Assembly: GCA_036278915.1 (NCBI GenBank)
Contig: DASUKB010000002.1
Location: 95,162-159,161 of the forward strand
Direction of reading: 5' to 3'
Length of the DNA: 64,000 nucleotides
From: Patescibacteria group bacterium
GTDB taxonomy: Bacteria; Patescibacteriota; Doudnabacteria; UBA920; O2-02-FULL-48-8
Part shown: one piece after another, positions 1 through 10,050 of the stretch
Layout of the letters: the number at the start of each line of letters is the position of its first letter
Position numbering within the stretch: position 1 is the stretch's first letter
Position numbers and translations under genes: made by a program
Notes under the pieces: generated by a model
The model's database searches: none
What the model was told of the DNA's origin: nothing
Seen by the model: only the letters and a program-made list of their open reading frames with translations

Positions 1-1161
1 ATTTCCGAAATCTTAAGCCGCGGCGTGGCAGAAGTAATTGACTCCAAGCATCTGGCCGAGAAGCTTCGCGGCAAAAAGAAATTGCGCATCAAACTCGGCA
101 TTGATCCGACTTCTCCCAACATCCACATCGGCCGCGCCATTAATTTATGGAAAATGCGGGCGTTCCAGGATTTGGGCCATACCGCGGTTTTTATTGTCGG
201 CGACTTCACAGGGATTATTGGGGATTCATCGGATAAGGATTCGGAAAGACCGATGTTGACTTTGGAACAAGTGAAGGAAAATGGGAAAACTTATTTTGAA
301 CAAGCTTTTAAAATCCTTGATAAGAAAAAAACAGAAGTCCACCACAACTCGGAGTGGTTGAGCAAATTAAATGTTTTGGAGTTGTCCCGTATTGCGAGCC
401 AGTTTGGACTGCACGAATTTGCCGCTCGCGAAAACATTGCCAGAAGAATGAAGGCTGACAAAAGAGTTTCTTACCTAGAACTAATGTACCCACTATTTCA
501 AGGATATGATTCCGTGGCGGTCAAAGCCGACGTTGAGTTGGGCGGGACCGACCAGAGATTCAATTTGCTGACAGGTCGTGATGTCCAAAAAGATTACAAA
601 CAGGAACCTCAGGATATAATGATGACTGAAATTTTGGAAGGCACTGACGGCCGCAAAATGTCATCCTCTTGGGGCAACGTCATCAATATCACTGACGAGC
701 CAAACGATATGTTCGGCAAAGTCATGAGCATTAAAGATGAACTAATGCCCAAATATTTTGTGCTGGCAACCCGCGTACCCTTGAGCGAAATAAAGAATAT
801 GGAGGACCAGGCCAAATCTGATCCTCGCAATACTAAGATACGATTAGCTACGGAATTAGTGACACTTTACCACGGTAAAAAAGCCGCCAAAGCCGCGGCT
901 GATGAATTTGAAAAAGTCTTTAGCAACAAAGAGCTGCCAACGGACATGCCGGAGGTGAAGGTCAAAGCTTCAAACATCGTAGAAGTAATGATGGAGACAG
1001 GCCTGGTTGAATCCAAGTCCGAAGCCAAACGCTTAATTGAGCAAGGTGGAGTGTCTCTGGATGGTAAAAAAGTCACAGACGAAACCTTGCGCATCCAGCC
1101 CATTACAAAAGACACGGTTTTACAAGTTGGAAAAAGAAAATTCGTAAAACTAGTTAGGTGA
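1..1161 (+). CDS. tyrS: Tyrosine--tRNA ligase, 5'-partial: the frame is open to position 1 and the true start lies upstream of the window
   Basis: HIGR (HIGH-like) and KMSSS (KMSKS-like) class I aaRS motifs; C-terminal S4-like domain; the frame has no stop upstream of the GTG at 25. Confidence 0.9.
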   Translation: MSEILSRGVAEVIDSKHLAEKLRGKKKLRIKLGIDPTSPNIHIGRAINLWKMRAFQDLGHTAVFIVGDFTGIIGDSSDKDSERPMLTLEQVKENGKTYFEQAFKILDKKKTEVHHNSEWLSKLNVLELSRIASQFGLHEFAARENIARRMKADKRVSYLELMYPLFQGYDSVAVKADVELGGTDQRFNLLTGRDVQKDYKQEPQDIMMTEILEGTDGRKMSSSWGNVINITDEPNDMFGKVMSIKDELMPKYFVLATRVPLSEIKNMEDQAKSDPRNTKIRLATELVTLYHGKKAAKAAADEFEKVFSNKELPTDMPEVKVKASNIVEVMMETGLVESKSEAKRLIEQGGVSLDGKKVTDETLRIQPITKDTVLQVGKRKFVKLVR

Positions 1162-1296
1162 AATAAGAAAACCAAGCATACGATCAGGTTTTTTAAGTGA
1201 GGGATGGAATTTTTTGACACTCGACAATTTCCTAAGAAATTGACGCGTGAGCAAAAAACAACTTTGAAGTGCATTTAAAGAGAAGTTTTTTGCGTT

Positions 1297-1788
1297 CTAA
1301 AAATTCCGCCCCGAACGACCTATGCCTGCCCAAGCTACGGCGACAGCGTCTGCTGCGTCGTCTGGCTTGGGTAATTTTTTTAAATTCAAAAGTTTTACGA
1401 TCATAGTTTGAATTTGTTTTTTGTCAGCTTTGCCATAACCCGTGACCGACATTTTGACTTGCAAAGGCGTAATGTCTAGGATTTTTAATCCCGCGGCTGC
1501 GGCAGTGACGAGCACAGCCCCCCGGGCTTGCGCAACACTTATAGCTGTTTTTTGATTGGATATAAAAAACAAGGACTCCACAGCCATAGTCTGCGGTTTC
1601 CACTTCTGGATGATAATTTGCAAATCGGTTTGAATTTCCAAAAGACGCGCGGGTTCGGGATTGCCTGACTTGGTCACTATGCATCCGGCCTCAAGCAGCC
1701 GGATATTTTTTTTGTCCTGTTCAAGTACGGCGAACCCGCATCTTCCGATTCCGGGATCGATGCCTAATATTTTAATAACGGGATTCAT
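1297..1788 (-). CDS. ruvC: Crossover junction endodeoxyribonuclease RuvC
   Basis: N-terminal ILGIDPG...GFAV RNase H-fold motif; 163 aa; lies downstream of yebC as in many bacteria. Confidence 0.85.
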   Translation of the reverse strand: MNPVIKILGIDPGIGRCGFAVLEQDKKNIRLLEAGCIVTKSGNPEPARLLEIQTDLQIIIQKWKPQTMAVESLFFISNQKTAISVAQARGAVLVTAAAAGLKILDITPLQVKMSVTGYGKADKKQIQTMIVKLLNLKKLPKPDDAADAVAVAWAGIGRSGRNF

Positions 1789-2501
1789 AAGTTTACATTT
1801 GTGTGCACATTTATAACATCATCATCTTCTTCTAAAGCTTCGGCTAAGGCATTAATCTTGTCGGCATCAGCTTTGGAGACTTCCAGGCCTTGATTCGGTT
1901 TCATTATGATCTCCGCAGAAGCGATTTTGAAACCCCTCCCTTCCAGATATTTCTTGATTTTTTCCAAATCTACAGGCAAGGTGTAAATTTCCAAACCTTC
2001 TTCGGATTCTTTCACATCCTCCACGCCTTGATCGATGAGTTCCAATTCCAGACCTTCGGTTCCTGCCTGATTTTCCAACAGAATTTGTCCTTTGGATTCA
2101 AACATCCAAGCCACACTGCCCTGTTCGCCCATGCGTCCAGCGTGTTTAGTAAAAATTGTGCGGATGGCCTGAAGAGTGCGGTTGGAATTATCAGTTACAG
2201 CATCCACTATAAATGCGCTGCCCGCCGGGCCGTAGCCTTCATAAGTGACAGATTTTATGGCGTCTTTGCCTTCGCCAGTGCCCCGTTTAATGGCACGGTC
2301 AATATTATCCTTGGGCATGCCGGCTTCTTTGGCTTTTTCCAAAGCCTGACGCAGCTGGAAATTAAACGCAGGATCGCCGCCGCCACCAGTCTGCACCGCG
2401 ATCGTAATATTTTTGGCAACTTTCGTAAACGCCTTGCCTTTTTTGGCATCGGTAACTGCCTTGGCCCGTTTAATTGTCGCCCATTTAGAATGTCCGCTCA
2501 T
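1785..2501 (-). CDS. yebC: YebC/PmpR family DNA-binding transcriptional regulator
   Basis: MSGHSKWATIKRAK... N-terminus is typical of the YebC/TACO1 family; 4-bp overlap with ruvC. Confidence 0.85.
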   Translation of the reverse strand: MSGHSKWATIKRAKAVTDAKKGKAFTKVAKNITIAVQTGGGGDPAFNFQLRQALEKAKEAGMPKDNIDRAIKRGTGEGKDAIKSVTYEGYGPAGSAFIVDAVTDNSNRTLQAIRTIFTKHAGRMGEQGSVAWMFESKGQILLENQAGTEGLELELIDQGVEDVKESEEGLEIYTLPVDLEKIKKYLEGRGFKIASAEIIMKPNQGLEVSKADADKINALAEALEEDDDVINVHTNVNL

Positions 2502-2568
2502 AGAAAATAAAATTACGAATTACGTATTGCGAAGTGCACACGTAATCCGTAATTCGCTAATTCGTAAT
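2502..2568. promoter_or_regulatory. Intergenic inverted repeat rich in CGTAAT/ATTACG units, between the gyrA stop and the yebC start
   Basis: AATTACGAATTACG ... CGTAATTCGCTAATTCGTAATT arms can pair; candidate gyrA terminator or yebC operator. Confidence 0.4.
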
Positions 2569-5025
2569 TTAAATTATTGTCGTAGTTGCTACTTTGTCGC
2601 CAGCATCCAATGTCATGACCTTGATTCCTTGTGTGGCGCGGCCGAGCGTGGAAATTTTGGCTACTGGCGTGCGCAAAGTCTGTCCAAGTTTTGAGATGAC
2701 AACCATATCGTGTTCTTCGGTATTGTTGATGACATGGAGCGAGACGATTTTGCCGGTTTTGGGTGTAACTTTGAGCGTCTTAATTCCCGAACCGCCGCGG
2801 CCTTGGCGCTTGTAGAACTTCAGGTCTGTTTTTTTGCCGAGGCCGTTTTCGGTCACGACGAGAATTTGCAGCTGGTCCTGATTATCTTTTTGGCTGACCA
2901 AATCCATGCTCATGAGCGAATCGCCCTTTCTGATGCGCATGCCACGCACGCCGCTGGCTGCTCGGCCCATAGGTCGAACGTACTTTTCGTCAAAGCGAAT
3001 AGCCTGCCCGGCTTCGGTGGAGAGAATAACGTCGTCGGCGCCATTGGAGTATTTGACCCACTGCAATTCGTCGCCTGCGTGAAGTTTGATGGCTATAAGC
3101 CCGCTGCGGCGGACTTTGGCAAATTCATCAATTGAGGTTTTTTTAATCAAACCCTGTTTGGTGCAGAGAATTAAGAATTGGGCTTGGGTTTTTTTGCCGA
3201 TCGTCAAAATTGACGAAACCATTTCGTTGGCAGGCAGTTCCAGGAAATTAACCAGCGCTTGCCCGCGGGCCGTGCGCGAGGTTTCCGGCAGTTCATAAAC
3301 TTTCGTCTGGAACACCCGGCCCTTGTTGGTGAAGAACAAAATATCGTCGTGAGTGTTGGTGGTCTTGAGCCATTCCACTACATCTTCTTCTTTGGTGGTC
3401 ATACCGATGACACCTTTGCCGCCGCGTCCCTGGCTTTTGTATGTATCGGGCGGCAGCCGTTTGACGTATCCGGATTTGGTGACGATGACTATCGCCTGCT
3501 GTTCGGGGATTAGGTCCTCGGCCTTGAATTCGCCAATGCCGGTTTTCACAACTTGGGTTCGGCGCTCGTCAGCGTACTTTTCCCGGACTTCCAAAAGCTC
3601 AGTTTTTATGAGCGCGCGTTTTTTCTTATCGTTTTTCAGAAGATCTTCTAGTTCAGCGATCAATTTTCTCTTTTCCTTAAGTTCGTCTTCAACCTTTTTG
3701 CGTTCCAGTCCAGCAAGTGCGCGCAATTGCATTTGCAAAATCGCCGTCGCCTGCTTGTCGGAGAGTTTGAATTTGCTCATCAGGGCCGCGTGCGCTTCTT
3801 CGGTGGTGTCCGAAGCGCGGATGGTTTTTATAATCGCGTCGATGTGGTCTAAGGCAATCTTTAGCCCTTCCAGAATATGGGCTCGATCTTTCGCGCGGTT
3901 GAGGTCAAACTGGGTGCGGCGCGTGATGACTTCAAATCGATGCTTGAGATAATATTCCAGGATATTTTTGAGATTCAGAACCTGCGGCTCGATGCCGTCC
4001 ACCAGCGCCAGCATGTTGACGTGGAAAGTTTCCTGCAGTGAGGAATATTTAAACAATTGGTTTAAAATTTTGTTTGGGAGACCGTCTTTTTTGAGGTCAA
4101 TGACGATCCGCACCCCGTCTTTGTCCGACTCGTCGCGCAGGTCGCGGATGCCTTCAATCTTTTTGTCGCGCACAAGCGCGGCAAACTGTTCCAAGAGTGT
4201 GGCTTTATTTACACGATATGGAATCTCAGAAATAATTATTTGATGGTTGCCTTTTTCTTCTATAATTTCCGTTTTGGCGCGCATGACAATCGGCCCTTTA
4301 CCTGTGGCATAGGTTTGCTTGATGGCATTTGAGTCATAAATAATTCCGCCAGTTGGGAAATCTGGACCCTTTACTATTTCCATCAGATCATCGGTCGTGG
4401 ATTCAGGTTCATCGATTAACTTTATGGTCGCGTCTACGATTTCCCCGACGTTGTGCGGCGGAATGTCGGTGGCCATGCCTACGGCAATGCCGAGTGTGCC
4501 GTTGAGCAGCAGCTGCGGCGCTTTGGCCGGCAGAACCTTTGGTTCTTTTTCCGTGGCATCGTAGTTGTCCATCCATTCCACGGTGTCTTTTTCCAGGTCC
4601 TCAAGCATGGTTTCTGCAATCGCAGTCATGCGCGCTTCGGTGTAACGCATGGCGGCTGGCGAATCGCCGTCCATGCTGCCGAAGTTGCCTTGGCCGTCCA
4701 CAAGCATGTAGCGCATCGCAAAGTTTTGCGCCAAGCGGGCCAACGAATCATATACAGCGATGTCGCCGTGAGGGTGGTATTTACCGAGAACTTCTCCGAC
4801 GATTTTGGCGGACTTTGTGGTCTTGACGTTGTGGCGCAGTCCCATGTTGCTCATGGCGTACAGAATGCGGCGGTGTACGGGCTTGAGGCCGTCGCGTACG
4901 TCCGGCAGGGCTCGGGCCACGATTACGCTCATGGCGTAATCCAGATACGATTCCTCCATCTCGCGCTCAATCGGCCGGGCGTTTATAGTCCCGATTGCAA
5001 ATTTTTCGCTGGGTTCTTTGGGCAT
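2569..5025 (-). CDS. gyrA: DNA gyrase subunit A
   Basis: 818 aa; N-terminal topoisomerase IIA domain ([12 protein letters not shown] region) followed by C-terminal beta-pinwheel repeats. Confidence 0.95.
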   Translation of the reverse strand: MPKEPSEKFAIGTINARPIEREMEESYLDYAMSVIVARALPDVRDGLKPVHRRILYAMSNMGLRHNVKTTKSAKIVGEVLGKYHPHGDIAVYDSLARLAQNFAMRYMLVDGQGNFGSMDGDSPAAMRYTEARMTAIAETMLEDLEKDTVEWMDNYDATEKEPKVLPAKAPQLLLNGTLGIAVGMATDIPPHNVGEIVDATIKLIDEPESTTDDLMEIVKGPDFPTGGIIYDSNAIKQTYATGKGPIVMRAKTEIIEEKGNHQIIISEIPYRVNKATLLEQFAALVRDKKIEGIRDLRDESDKDGVRIVIDLKKDGLPNKILNQLFKYSSLQETFHVNMLALVDGIEPQVLNLKNILEYYLKHRFEVITRRTQFDLNRAKDRAHILEGLKIALDHIDAIIKTIRASDTTEEAHAALMSKFKLSDKQATAILQMQLRALAGLERKKVEDELKEKRKLIAELEDLLKNDKKKRALIKTELLEVREKYADERRTQVVKTGIGEFKAEDLIPEQQAIVIVTKSGYVKRLPPDTYKSQGRGGKGVIGMTTKEEDVVEWLKTTNTHDDILFFTNKGRVFQTKVYELPETSRTARGQALVNFLELPANEMVSSILTIGKKTQAQFLILCTKQGLIKKTSIDEFAKVRRSGLIAIKLHAGDELQWVKYSNGADDVILSTEAGQAIRFDEKYVRPMGRAASGVRGMRIRKGDSLMSMDLVSQKDNQDQLQILVVTENGLGKKTDLKFYKRQGRGGSGIKTLKVTPKTGKIVSLHVINNTEEHDMVVISKLGQTLRTPVAKISTLGRATQGIKVMTLDAGDKVATTTII

Positions 5026-5582
5026 TAGTTCCTCACTTCATCTGGTTTGGGCAGTTTGGATAAATCCAAATTGTCCGTTTCTTTAAAGATGCTGTCCGGG
5101 CTCTGTTCAAAATATAAATTATCAAAAATGATTGTCCCACTGCCGCTAGCGGCAGTGTCAAATGTTAAGATTCCGAATTCCGTGGTGTTGGAAAGGACTT
5201 TTTGGACAAATGGGGCTTGGGTTCGGCCTGTGACTTTAGACGGAGTATAAGTTTGGCCGCTTGCAGTGAGTTTAACATCTGCGGCCGTGGAAAAATTTAG
5301 GATATCAGTGGTGTCGTTATGCACGGAAAAATAAATCAGCAGGTTGCCGCCTGAAACTTCGGCGCTGTCGACGCTTAAGTAATGAGGCGCTGAGTCAGCC
5401 ACAGTCTGCGTAATCGATGAGCTGATGTCGCTGACGTTGATGTTTTTGATTTCCTTCCGAAACGAAGTAAACCAAACGCCGACTACCAATACCACGGCCA
5501 CGCTTGAACCTGCCAACAGAATGCGGTTGCGGGTTTTAAGCGGTTTGTCTTGCAAGTTTTTGATGAATTGGGAAATGTTCAT
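5025..5582 (-). CDS. Hypothetical membrane-anchored protein (N-terminal TM helix, Ser/Thr-rich ectodomain)
   Basis: ORF with hydrophobic segment LLAGSSVAVVLVVGVWF; 1-nt overlap with the gyrA start; no recognisable family. Confidence 0.45.
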   Translation of the reverse strand: MNISQFIKNLQDKPLKTRNRILLAGSSVAVVLVVGVWFTSFRKEIKNINVSDISSSITQTVADSAPHYLSVDSAEVSGGNLLIYFSVHNDTTDILNFSTAADVKLTASGQTYTPSKVTGRTQAPFVQKVLSNTTEFGILTFDTAASGSGTIIFDNLYFEQSPDSIFKETDNLDLSKLPKPDEVRN

Positions 5583-5585
5583 AGA

Positions 5586-6215
5586 TTAGCGTTGTGGCGT
5601 TAGGACAACTGTTTGGGTAGTCTCTCCCACCAGGTCCTTTTTTTTGATTGTGAGCTTTTCCATTTCTTCGGTTTTGCTCCCCATTTCTTTTATGAATTTA
5701 TCGTTTTTTTCAAAGGGCAGCTTCAAACCAGCAGTCATATATGTATGCGGCACGATTATAAATGGTTCCAAGCCCGTGGCAATTTTTGCCGCCTGCTCAA
5801 AATCCAAAACCTGTTTCCCGCCGACCGGCACTAGCACTACGTCTGCACCCTCAAATAACTCTTTTTGTTCATCGGTTAGGGCGGGCTGTTGAATGGGACC
5901 CACAAAGGCGATTCGGATGTCTTCCAATTCAATTGAGTAAATCGTGACATTCCCTAAATCTTTGTTTTCCGCGGACAAACCCATTATAAATGCGCCTTTG
6001 ATGTCGTATTCGCCAGGACCGCGGATGATAAACGGACTGCCTTGAATCGATGAGAAGTTATTGCTCCAGGGGTTTTCAGGGTTGGTGGAAATTACAACAT
6101 CTGCGGCGCCTCGCACGGGCGAAAGCCCGGTGTCGCCGCCAAACGGGTCGGTAATAATTGTAATGTCCTTTCCTGTGATTTTGAAGCTCCCCAAGCCAAA
6201 CCAGGTTATTGTCAT
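5586..6215 (-). CDS. MBL-fold metal-dependent hydrolase (UPF0173-like)
   Basis: MTITWFGLGSFKI... N-terminus and overall ~210 aa architecture of beta-lactamase-fold hydrolases; start taken at MTITW. Confidence 0.55.
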   Translation of the reverse strand: MTITWFGLGSFKITGKDITIITDPFGGDTGLSPVRGAADVVISTNPENPWSNNFSSIQGSPFIIRGPGEYDIKGAFIMGLSAENKDLGNVTIYSIELEDIRIAFVGPIQQPALTDEQKELFEGADVVLVPVGGKQVLDFEQAAKIATGLEPFIIVPHTYMTAGLKLPFEKNDKFIKEMGSKTEEMEKLTIKKKDLVGETTQTVVLTPQR

Positions 6216-6387
6216 GAATCTAGAGCACAATTATGGAGCCAATTTGCTTCGGCCTTTGTGCTATATTTTTAATGTTTCGGGTACGCTTTATTTTAGCAAA
6301 TTTTGGCCCAATTGTGAAGCCGTTTAGGGCTTGATTTTATTCCCTGATTTGAGTATAATTTGGAAGCTTATCAAGAAGGCGTAAGTC

Positions 6388-7557
6388 GTGCATCACAGCG
6401 TGAATGCCCTTACGGTCATCTATTTTATGGCACAAACAGCTACCAGTGTGGCTACTACAATGCAAGAGCTTTTGTCCCAAGAGGGAGTGGACATTAAAGT
6501 TCCCAAAGTCGGCGACGTTTTGGAAGGGAAAATTCTTTCCGTCGGGAAAAACGAGGTTTATATCGATATCGACGGGTTCGGGTTGGGCGTGGTGCGCGGG
6601 CGCGAGCTTTACGACGAAACCGTGAGACTCTCAACTCTTAAAGTCGGCGATATGGTGTTCGCCTCGGTTTTGGAACCGGAAAACAAAGAAGGCAATATTG
6701 AATTGTCGTTCCGCCAAGCCGGCCAGGAACGAGTCTGGCAAACGCTCTCTGACCGCATGCGTTCCCGTGAAGTCATCACGACCAAGATCCTAGACGCCAA
6801 CAAAGGCGGACTTATGGTCGAGGTCAACGGCGTTTTGGGATTCTTACCGGTATCACAACTCTCAAGCGAGCATTATCCGCGAGTGGAAGAAGGCGATAAA
6901 TCCAAAATTCTGGAAATCCTCAAAAGTTATGTTGGTTCCGAATTCGCAGTGCAGATTATTACCGCAGATGCCGAAGAGGAAAAACTGATCGTTTCGGAAA
7001 AAGCCGTAACCGAAGAGGAATTGCGCAGTAAAATTTCCAAACTCAAAATCGGCGACGTCGTGGAAGGCACGGTTTCGGGTATTGTTGACTTCGGCATCTT
7101 TATCAAATTTGGCGATGGACTCGAAGGCTTGGTCCACATTTCCGAACTGGCCTGGTCCCGCATCGAACATCCAAAAGATTTGTACAAAGTTGGTCAGAAA
7201 GTCCAAGCTCAGATTATTTCCGTAGATCGCGACCGAATCTCGCTCTCGGTCAAACGCCTGCAGCCAGACCCTTGGCTTGAATCCATCAAAAAGTACGAAG
7301 TTGGCCAAACCGTCACAGGGAAAGTTACGAAAGTTATGCAGTTTGGAGCGTTCGTGGAACTTGATCCGGATATCTATGGCCTGGTTCACTCTGTGGAGCT
7401 GTCCAATGACGAAGGGAAAAATCCATCGGACATAGTTTCAGTCGGACAGACGTTGGAATTTAAAATTATCTCCATCGAACCCCAGGAACACCGTCTCGGT
7501 CTCTCGCTGCGAGCCCTTACTTCCAAACCAGAAGAGAAAAAAGAAGAAGCCAAATAA
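6388..7557 (+). CDS. rpsA: 30S ribosomal protein S1 (short, four S1 domains)
   Basis: Repeated S1 OB-fold motifs (VGD.VEG.V..I..FG.FV); GTG start with a GAAGG SD; alternative starts at 6427 and 6460 are possible. Confidence 0.85.
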   Translation: MHHSVNALTVIYFMAQTATSVATTMQELLSQEGVDIKVPKVGDVLEGKILSVGKNEVYIDIDGFGLGVVRGRELYDETVRLSTLKVGDMVFASVLEPENKEGNIELSFRQAGQERVWQTLSDRMRSREVITTKILDANKGGLMVEVNGVLGFLPVSQLSSEHYPRVEEGDKSKILEILKSYVGSEFAVQIITADAEEEKLIVSEKAVTEEELRSKISKLKIGDVVEGTVSGIVDFGIFIKFGDGLEGLVHISELAWSRIEHPKDLYKVGQKVQAQIISVDRDRISLSVKRLQPDPWLESIKKYEVGQTVTGKVTKVMQFGAFVELDPDIYGLVHSVELSNDEGKNPSDIVSVGQTLEFKIISIEPQEHRLGLSLRALTSKPEEKKEEAK

Positions 7558-7566
7558 ATAGAAAGC

Positions 7567-7593
7567 CCGCCTCAACCGGCGGGTTTTTTATTG
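7567..7593 (+). terminator. Rho-independent terminator of rpsA
   Basis: GCCCGCC-loop-GGCGGGC stem followed by a T-run. Confidence 0.8.
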
Positions 7594-7807
7594 GAAAAGA
7601 AAGAGCCTCCACTACTGTAGTGAAGGCTTTTGTATTTTGCGTGTCTTTTCGGACCAAGGGCTGACAATTCCCAGGGAACAGATGAAGTCTGGACCAGCGC
7701 CTGATTCATCAACGAGCATTTTTGTGCCGGCTGACCCTCAATTTATGGGGGTTGCTCCAAGGGCTTTATACTCCAAAAACCAGTTTAAGTCAAGATGCCT
7801 ATAGTTT

Positions 7808-7839
7808 AAAAAACGACTCATATGGTTGAGTCGTTTTTT
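7808..7839. terminator. Hairpin with A/T-runs on both sides; terminator for minus-strand gene 7846..8601
   Basis: AAAAAACGACTCA-loop-TGAGTCGTTTTTT. Confidence 0.7.
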
Positions 7840-7845
7840 GTGTTT

Positions 7846-8601
7846 CTACAAACTATTTTCTATCGCTGTTAAATCACTGTATACGGATTGGTTGTTGTCC
7901 ACCCAGTGCTGGGCTGGCGGTTGTTTATATAGGCCGTTCATCTGGGCAAATGTCATTTGAGAGTATTTGATGATGGAATTGGCCGGATAAGTATTGAGGA
8001 ATCTGTTCATGGACAGTATCCCCTCTTCCAGGTTGGAACCCATATACCAAAGATTGGATCCCCCAATTCCCCAGCAATTGGCTTTGTCCACGGGATAATG
8101 TTCGCATAGTCCCGATTCGGCATTGGCCAGGGAAATTATTTTTTTCCAATTATCCAATTGAATCAAGGTCGGGGCATAATTAGCCAGCGGCGAACCTTGC
8201 GCTGCCAAGTAATCATGAAGGCGGTTTTCCAATTCCAACTGGCGGTCAATTTCATTTTGCATTTGTTCGTGCGTGTAAAGTTTTGACAGCTGCAGGTTGA
8301 GCGTATCAATATGCGCGATCTTGTTGCCAATTATAAACACCATAGGTCCAGTTAATGGCGCTTCGGGCACCACAGAAGCAAATGTCTCGTGCGGAAAAGC
8401 CCAAGTCAAAAGACTTACTAATGCAATCAGGGACACAAACTTGTGTCGCAATGGCAAAGTTAAATACGAGGCTTTGAGTTCTTTGGTTTTGGCAGAGGGA
8501 GTCTCTGGCAGCGGATCTATCCTTACGCGCGGTTTTGGGCTCTGTCGCTGGCGTTGAATTTTTCGGATTCCATCCATCATTTGGTTTGGTTTGAATTTCA
8601 A
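7846..8601 (-). CDS. Secreted glucosaminidase-like peptidoglycan hydrolase (GH73-like), paralog 1
   Basis: N-terminal TM/signal region; ESG...NCWGIGG motif resembling the ESGWG...NNLFGIKG of mannosyl-glycoprotein endo-beta-N-acetylglucosaminidase; paralogous to 8964..9572. Confidence 0.5.
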   Translation of the reverse strand: MKFKPNQMMDGIRKIQRQRQSPKPRVRIDPLPETPSAKTKELKASYLTLPLRHKFVSLIALVSLLTWAFPHETFASVVPEAPLTGPMVFIIGNKIAHIDTLNLQLSKLYTHEQMQNEIDRQLELENRLHDYLAAQGSPLANYAPTLIQLDNWKKIISLANAESGLCEHYPVDKANCWGIGGSNLWYMGSNLEEGILSMNRFLNTYPANSIIKYSQMTFAQMNGLYKQPPAQHWVDNNQSVYSDLTAIENSL

Positions 8602-8750
8602 AAATCAGAAATCAGTTCGGCTCAATTCTACCAAAAATACTAACTCCGGTCAACTTTGTATATGTGGATTCATTGTGTAAAAAAATGTGGTACTTCAAAT
8701 ATGAAGTCTTTATTAAATTCAGCAAAAAAGCTATAATAGTTATGATTTGT

Positions 8751-8824
8751 GGTGTCGTGGCCGAGCGGTCAGGCGTGGGTCTGCAAAACCCTTTACACCG
8801 GTTCAACTCCGGTCGACACCTCCA
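8751..8824 (+). tRNA. tRNA-Cys (anticodon GCA)
   Basis: Cloverleaf by eye: acceptor GGTGTCG/CGACACC, anticodon loop CTGCAAA, T-loop TTCAACT, U73 discriminator, CCA encoded; TATAAT box at 8733-8738. Confidence 0.7.
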
Positions 8825-8828
8825 CAAA

Positions 8829-8915
8829 GCCTGGGTGGCGGAACTGGCATACGCATGGGACTTAAAATCCCAGGCCCGCAAGGGATTGAGGGTTCAACTC
8901 CCTCCCCAGGCACCA
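8829..8915 (+). tRNA. tRNA-Leu (anticodon TAA), long variable arm
   Basis: Acceptor GCCTGGG/CCCAGGC, anticodon loop CTTAAAA, long variable arm, T-arm GAGGGTTCAACTCCCTC, CCA encoded. Confidence 0.85.
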
Positions 8916-8936
8916 TAAATATTTTTTATAAATTTA

Positions 8937-8961
8937 AAAGCCCTCCGAATGGAGGGCTTTT
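8937..8961. terminator. Bidirectional rho-independent terminator (tRNA pair on the + strand, gene 8964..9572 on the - strand)
   Basis: AGCCCTCC-GAAT-GGAGGGCT with flanking A/T runs. Confidence 0.8.
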
Positions 8962-8963
8962 AG

Positions 8964-9572
8964 TTATGACGTCTGCAAAGGCAGTTGGCTTATTTCGTTT
9001 AAAATTTTGTTGGCAGCCAAAACCCAGTTAGCGTTTGTATGACCGACATAGCGATGAACCATCTTTTGCGGAGTGTCCAGTCCGTCGGCCACATATTTTT
9101 GGGAAATGATGCGGTTGACGTCGACAATGGCATCATCAAGGTTGTCGTATCGTTTCAGGTTCCAGGCTCCACCAATGCCCCAGCAGTTATTGTACTTGTA
9201 ATGTTTGCACATTGTGGATTCACCGTTTGAGACGGCGACCACAAGTTGCCAGTTATTCTGCGCTAGAAGCGTTGCGGCATGGTCAGCCAGCGGCGAACCT
9301 TTCTTAACCAGATAGTCATGCAGGATAACCACGTTTTGGTTGAAAATTTGCTGTGAGTTGTCTACGTCGGGCAGTTCAGACGAAGCGAGTTGTGCCGTGT
9401 AGTCTCTCGGGATTATAAGTTTTGTTGTGCTGTTTATTTCAAAGACGATTGGCTGTTGGTTTGACGTTTGGGCAGAAGCGGACATCGGCAATAACAGCGA
9501 AGATGTCGCAATGATCAGGAGTATAAATAACGCCCGATCAAAGGTGCTCAAGCGCTCAAATCGGCTTGTCAT
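8964..9572 (-). CDS. Secreted glucosaminidase-like peptidoglycan hydrolase, paralog 2
   Basis: Shares LHDYL..GSPLA...ESxxCxHY...NCWGIGG block with 7846..8601; N-terminal signal peptide. Confidence 0.5.
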   Translation of the reverse strand: MTSRFERLSTFDRALFILLIIATSSLLLPMSASAQTSNQQPIVFEINSTTKLIIPRDYTAQLASSELPDVDNSQQIFNQNVVILHDYLVKKGSPLADHAATLLAQNNWQLVVAVSNGESTMCKHYKYNNCWGIGGAWNLKRYDNLDDAIVDVNRIISQKYVADGLDTPQKMVHRYVGHTNANWVLAANKILNEISQLPLQTS

Positions 9573-9836
9573 CTTTGGAATTCCTTACCAGCAATCTCCC
9601 TTTATAGTTCCCGCCCGCCGAATTTTAGCTCGGAAGGTTATGGGTAAAGGCAGTTGATAGTTTGGTCAGACCTTTATTAAGGACTTAAAGAACAGGTTGC
9701 GGGCTTTTTACAAAAAAGCTTAATTTATTGGGCTTTTTTGTTGCCAACCCCACCCTCCGGAGAGGGATGGGGTACGCAACTATAGATATTAGCATAAAAC
9801 GGGAGTTTTGTCAATAGCTTACGCTTGGATCCTGAA

Positions 9837-9866
9837 ATTGACCAAAGCCCGATTTTTACGTATAAT
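9837..9866 (+). promoter_or_regulatory. Sigma70-type promoter (TTGACC-17-TATAAT) driving the tRNA cluster
   Basis: Near-consensus -35/-10 with 17-nt spacer; tRNA-Leu starts ~19 nt downstream. Confidence 0.7.
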
Positions 9867-9884
9867 TGTTAAGATTTTCCATAT

Positions 9885-9971
9885 GCACGGGTGGCGAAAC
9901 TGGTACACGCACTACCTTGAGGTGGTAGCGCCCGCAAGGGCTTGGAGGTTCGAGTCCTCTCCCGTGCACCA
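9885..9971 (+). tRNA. tRNA-Leu (anticodon GAG)
   Basis: Acceptor GCACGGG/CCCGTGC, anticodon loop TTGAGGT, long variable arm, CCA encoded. Confidence 0.85.
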
Positions 9972-9973
9972 AA

Positions 9974-10050
9974 GGACGCTTAGCTCAGCTGGTTAGAGCG
10001 TCTCGTTTACACCGAGAAGGTCAAAGGTTCGAATCCTTTAGCGTCCACCA
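9974..10050 (+). tRNA. tRNA-Val (anticodon TAC)
   Basis: Acceptor GGACGCT/AGCGTCC, anticodon loop TTTACAC, T-arm AAGGTTCGAATCCTT, CCA encoded. Confidence 0.85.

Noticed and set aside
2594-5028. Many 60-200-aa ORFs on the + strand (2594-2815, 2710-3135, 3353-3952, 4453-5028 and others) antisense to gyrA
   Set aside because: They lie entirely inside the well-supported gyrA gene on the opposite strand with no family features; shadow ORFs typical of GC-balanced coding DNA.
8664-9031. ORFs 8664-8918 and 8747-9031 (+) overlapping tRNA-Cys and tRNA-Leu
   Set aside because: They span two clear tRNA cloverleafs and a terminator; spurious.
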